A stretch of DNA of 64,000 nucleotides from positions 109,306,001 to 109,370,000 of the forward strand of contig NC_079164.1 in assembly GCF_947568905.1 (NCBI RefSeq). Reading direction: 5' to 3'. This DNA is from Ostrea edulis (taxonomy: Eukaryota). The notes under the pieces were generated by a model that was not told the DNA's origin, ran no database searches, and saw nothing but the letters and a program-made list of their open reading frames with translations. Of the stretch, positions 61,565 to 64,000 are shown one piece after another. A program made the position numbers and the translations under genes. How positions within the stretch are numbered: position 1 is the stretch's first letter; each line of letters opens with the position of its first letter.

Positions 61565-63551
61565 TTAGGGGAAAAAACGTGTTATTATTAATGTGAAGTA
61601 TGGGCATTCTAGGTAGGGGACCACATTTTATTTTATTATTTTCTTAATGAAAGTATGGAGTTTTCTAAAGGTTTGTTTAAAAGGAAAGATATTTGTCGTA
61701 AGTTGCAAGAACTTGTTTCTAATCCTTTTGTATATAGTATATACAATAAAATATGTTCAAATCAAATCATTTGTTTAGGTGATAAAAATTTCATTCTTTG
61801 CTCACATTGCTTCACTGTTGAATACATAATGAAATTCATTTCCAATGTAAACATGTACATGTATATAGCTGACATTAATCACCTATTCCTAATTACACTG
61901 AAAACCTTATGTTAAAATTAAACCATTGCTTATGGTACACATTTCTTTGCACTGCTATTTATCAAATTGAAATTACTGACATGTGATTGTCGTTGTTCAT
62001 GACCCTTCTTTTATTTCGTGAAATTGTGCTGCACGTGCCATGAAACAATGTATCGACGAGTGGTGGAAATAACAGAGGTGTTTACATACAGGATGTCGAG
62101 AATTTGGGCGTTTCATAAAAAGGTGTGAACGTCTGCAGGGAAGTCTACATACGGATATATATGTACCGAAAACACCAACGTATCATTGAACAACAATTAC
62201 AACAATTGAATGATTGATAGCTAATTTCTAAATAATGAATGGGGTGGGGGCATGCATGCTGGCTAAGCGAACAGTTTTTTGGGTGAATCATTTCGGAAAT
62301 TATTTCTTTGTTTTATCACACGGAGGTACACGGTGGCATCGACGGAGTTACAGGTGACATTCACGGAGATGCGCGGTGGCATCCACGGAGATCCTCCGTG
62401 GACTTCAATGTCTAGCTCTCGCGGAAAAAATAGGACTTCAAAGGTGCCAACAATTTTTAAGGTCCACTGTGTTTGGGGCAAATTTGTTCCACCGCGTTGA
62501 GTGGAACACGCATAAAACTCGTGTCGTGTACTGTATATGTCTAAATTTGAAGTTCTTAATCAGCATACAGTGAAGTCTCATGAGTGAAATAATCTTGCAA
62601 GGGTTGTAAAACTATACACAAAATCTATATGTATAATCTAACCATAATCTTAATACATTAAGTTTCCTAAAAAACAAACAAACCAAAGAAAAAACTTGCA
62701 TATTTACTTTGTTGATAGGTAATTTTTCTCTTCAAATATTTTATGTTAAATTGATTCTCCTGAGTATATTTAGGGAATTATTCAATGTCAATAAAGTGCA
62801 AAACCACAGGTTGAATGTTAATATAATAGCTCGATCAATCTGAGTTAAGTAATAGATGCAACTCAAAAGAAAAGAAAAAATTATTACAAGTAGAATCAAG
62901 TTGAGCTATATGAAATATATCTAAGATAACAATGGAACTGCACGCCTATAATAGTTTGAAATTTACAATCAGTGCAGAGAAAACTAATTAATTACTGGTG
63001 TGATGGAGAGGATGTACTGGTGTTGTCCTTTTGGAGTCGTTTCATTGTCAACCTTGACGCAGACATCTTCTCCATCCACGCACGATTGAAGGTTGGTAAA
63101 TCCATGTTGAGTTTATGCTCTGCATAGCATACAAAAGGCAAAATATAAGTATGATAAATTTGACTCTTTAAACAAATGAAATTCCTATGAAAATATTTTA
63201 GGTTGCATTTAGTTTGGCATGAATCAAATGCATATCTATAGGCAATAATTCTCTGAAGTGCATTAAAAATACATGTATACACACAAGATACATGCAATAT
63301 CATTTGGTTACTAATGGTTTTCAATAAGGGGAGGTAGGAGGTGCTTTTTTAAAGGTTTTAATGACTTGAATTTGTTGTTTAAAATTTCATGACAAGCAAA
63401 ATAAACTTTTGGAAATAGTTAAGTCTCTTCAATGCATAAATTTACCCATTCACTTCAAATTTATTGTAAACCCTGGGTTATCATGATTATTAAACTACAC
63501 CTTAAGTAAAGAGGTATATTTCGAAAACATAAAGACTGCGGCAATACTTAC

Positions 63552-63806
63552 ATTTCAAGGATTTATGAACGGGAGAGTCCTTGAAGGGGGTAATGCCACC
63601 CTTCACGGCAAGATCCCATGGTTCATAAAAACCATCCATTAATCTTTTAATTATTTCAAAACCTGTTGACTTCTTTTTTTTTTTTTTTTTTTTTTTGAGA
63701 GTGATGAAAGGATGGAGTGCAACCATAGGGATGAGACCGCTATACTTGCACCTGGTGCCAAAACAGAATAGCCCTCTTTTGGGCTTTCATCATTCTTTAG
63801 TTCATA
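63552..63806 (-). other. Candidate exon of an unidentified spliced gene, frameshifted at a 23-nt homopolymer
   Basis: TTTACAG acceptor and GTAAGT donor; reads YELKNDESPKEGYSVLAPGASIAVSSLWLHSILSSLS[K-run]STGFEIIKRLMDGFYEPWDLAVKGGITPFKDSPVHKSLK. Confidence 0.35.
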
Positions 63807-64000
63807 CTGTAAATAAAAATAAATAAATAATAAATTAAAAGATGTAACAGTGTTAACCAATGATAGATGTGCTCGAATCTAACACAATAATCTAGAACTC
63901 TTAATTGAAAACATCTTCTATAAAAACATGCTCCTGTAAAGTACTGATTTCATTAATATGTACTTACATAATCTGCCAACTCAATGCTTGGCCTGGTTTT

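Overview
AT-rich animal DNA, most likely a bivalve and probably an oyster (inferred from the repeat families present). No intact host gene is visible. The window is a dense transposon graveyard. It holds nine piggyBac elements or remnants from several divergent families, one with an intact 557-aa transposase. It also holds a young intact Gypsy LTR retrotransposon (150-bp LTRs differing at 1 base, CATTT TSD) nested inside a dead piggyBac, two DIRS-type tyrosine-recombinase retroelement remnants, a probable Maverick/Polinton end, and a 4.8-kb Zator-like element whose transposase reconstructs as 7 exons (1087 codons, one nonsense codon). MITEs, Helentron-like repeats, a SINE and minisatellites fill the gaps. 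Main unexplained pattern: all 13 confidently recognised coding transposon pieces lie on the minus strand, as expected of a uni-strand, flamenco-like piRNA cluster or transposon trap (inference; needs small-RNA data). Six divergent piggyBac N-termini share an acidic [DE]-F-x-G-F motif resembling the LEDGF/TND-interacting motif, and a decayed exon resembling GAPVD1 sits on the plus strand. Family assignments rest on motif recognition, not database searches.
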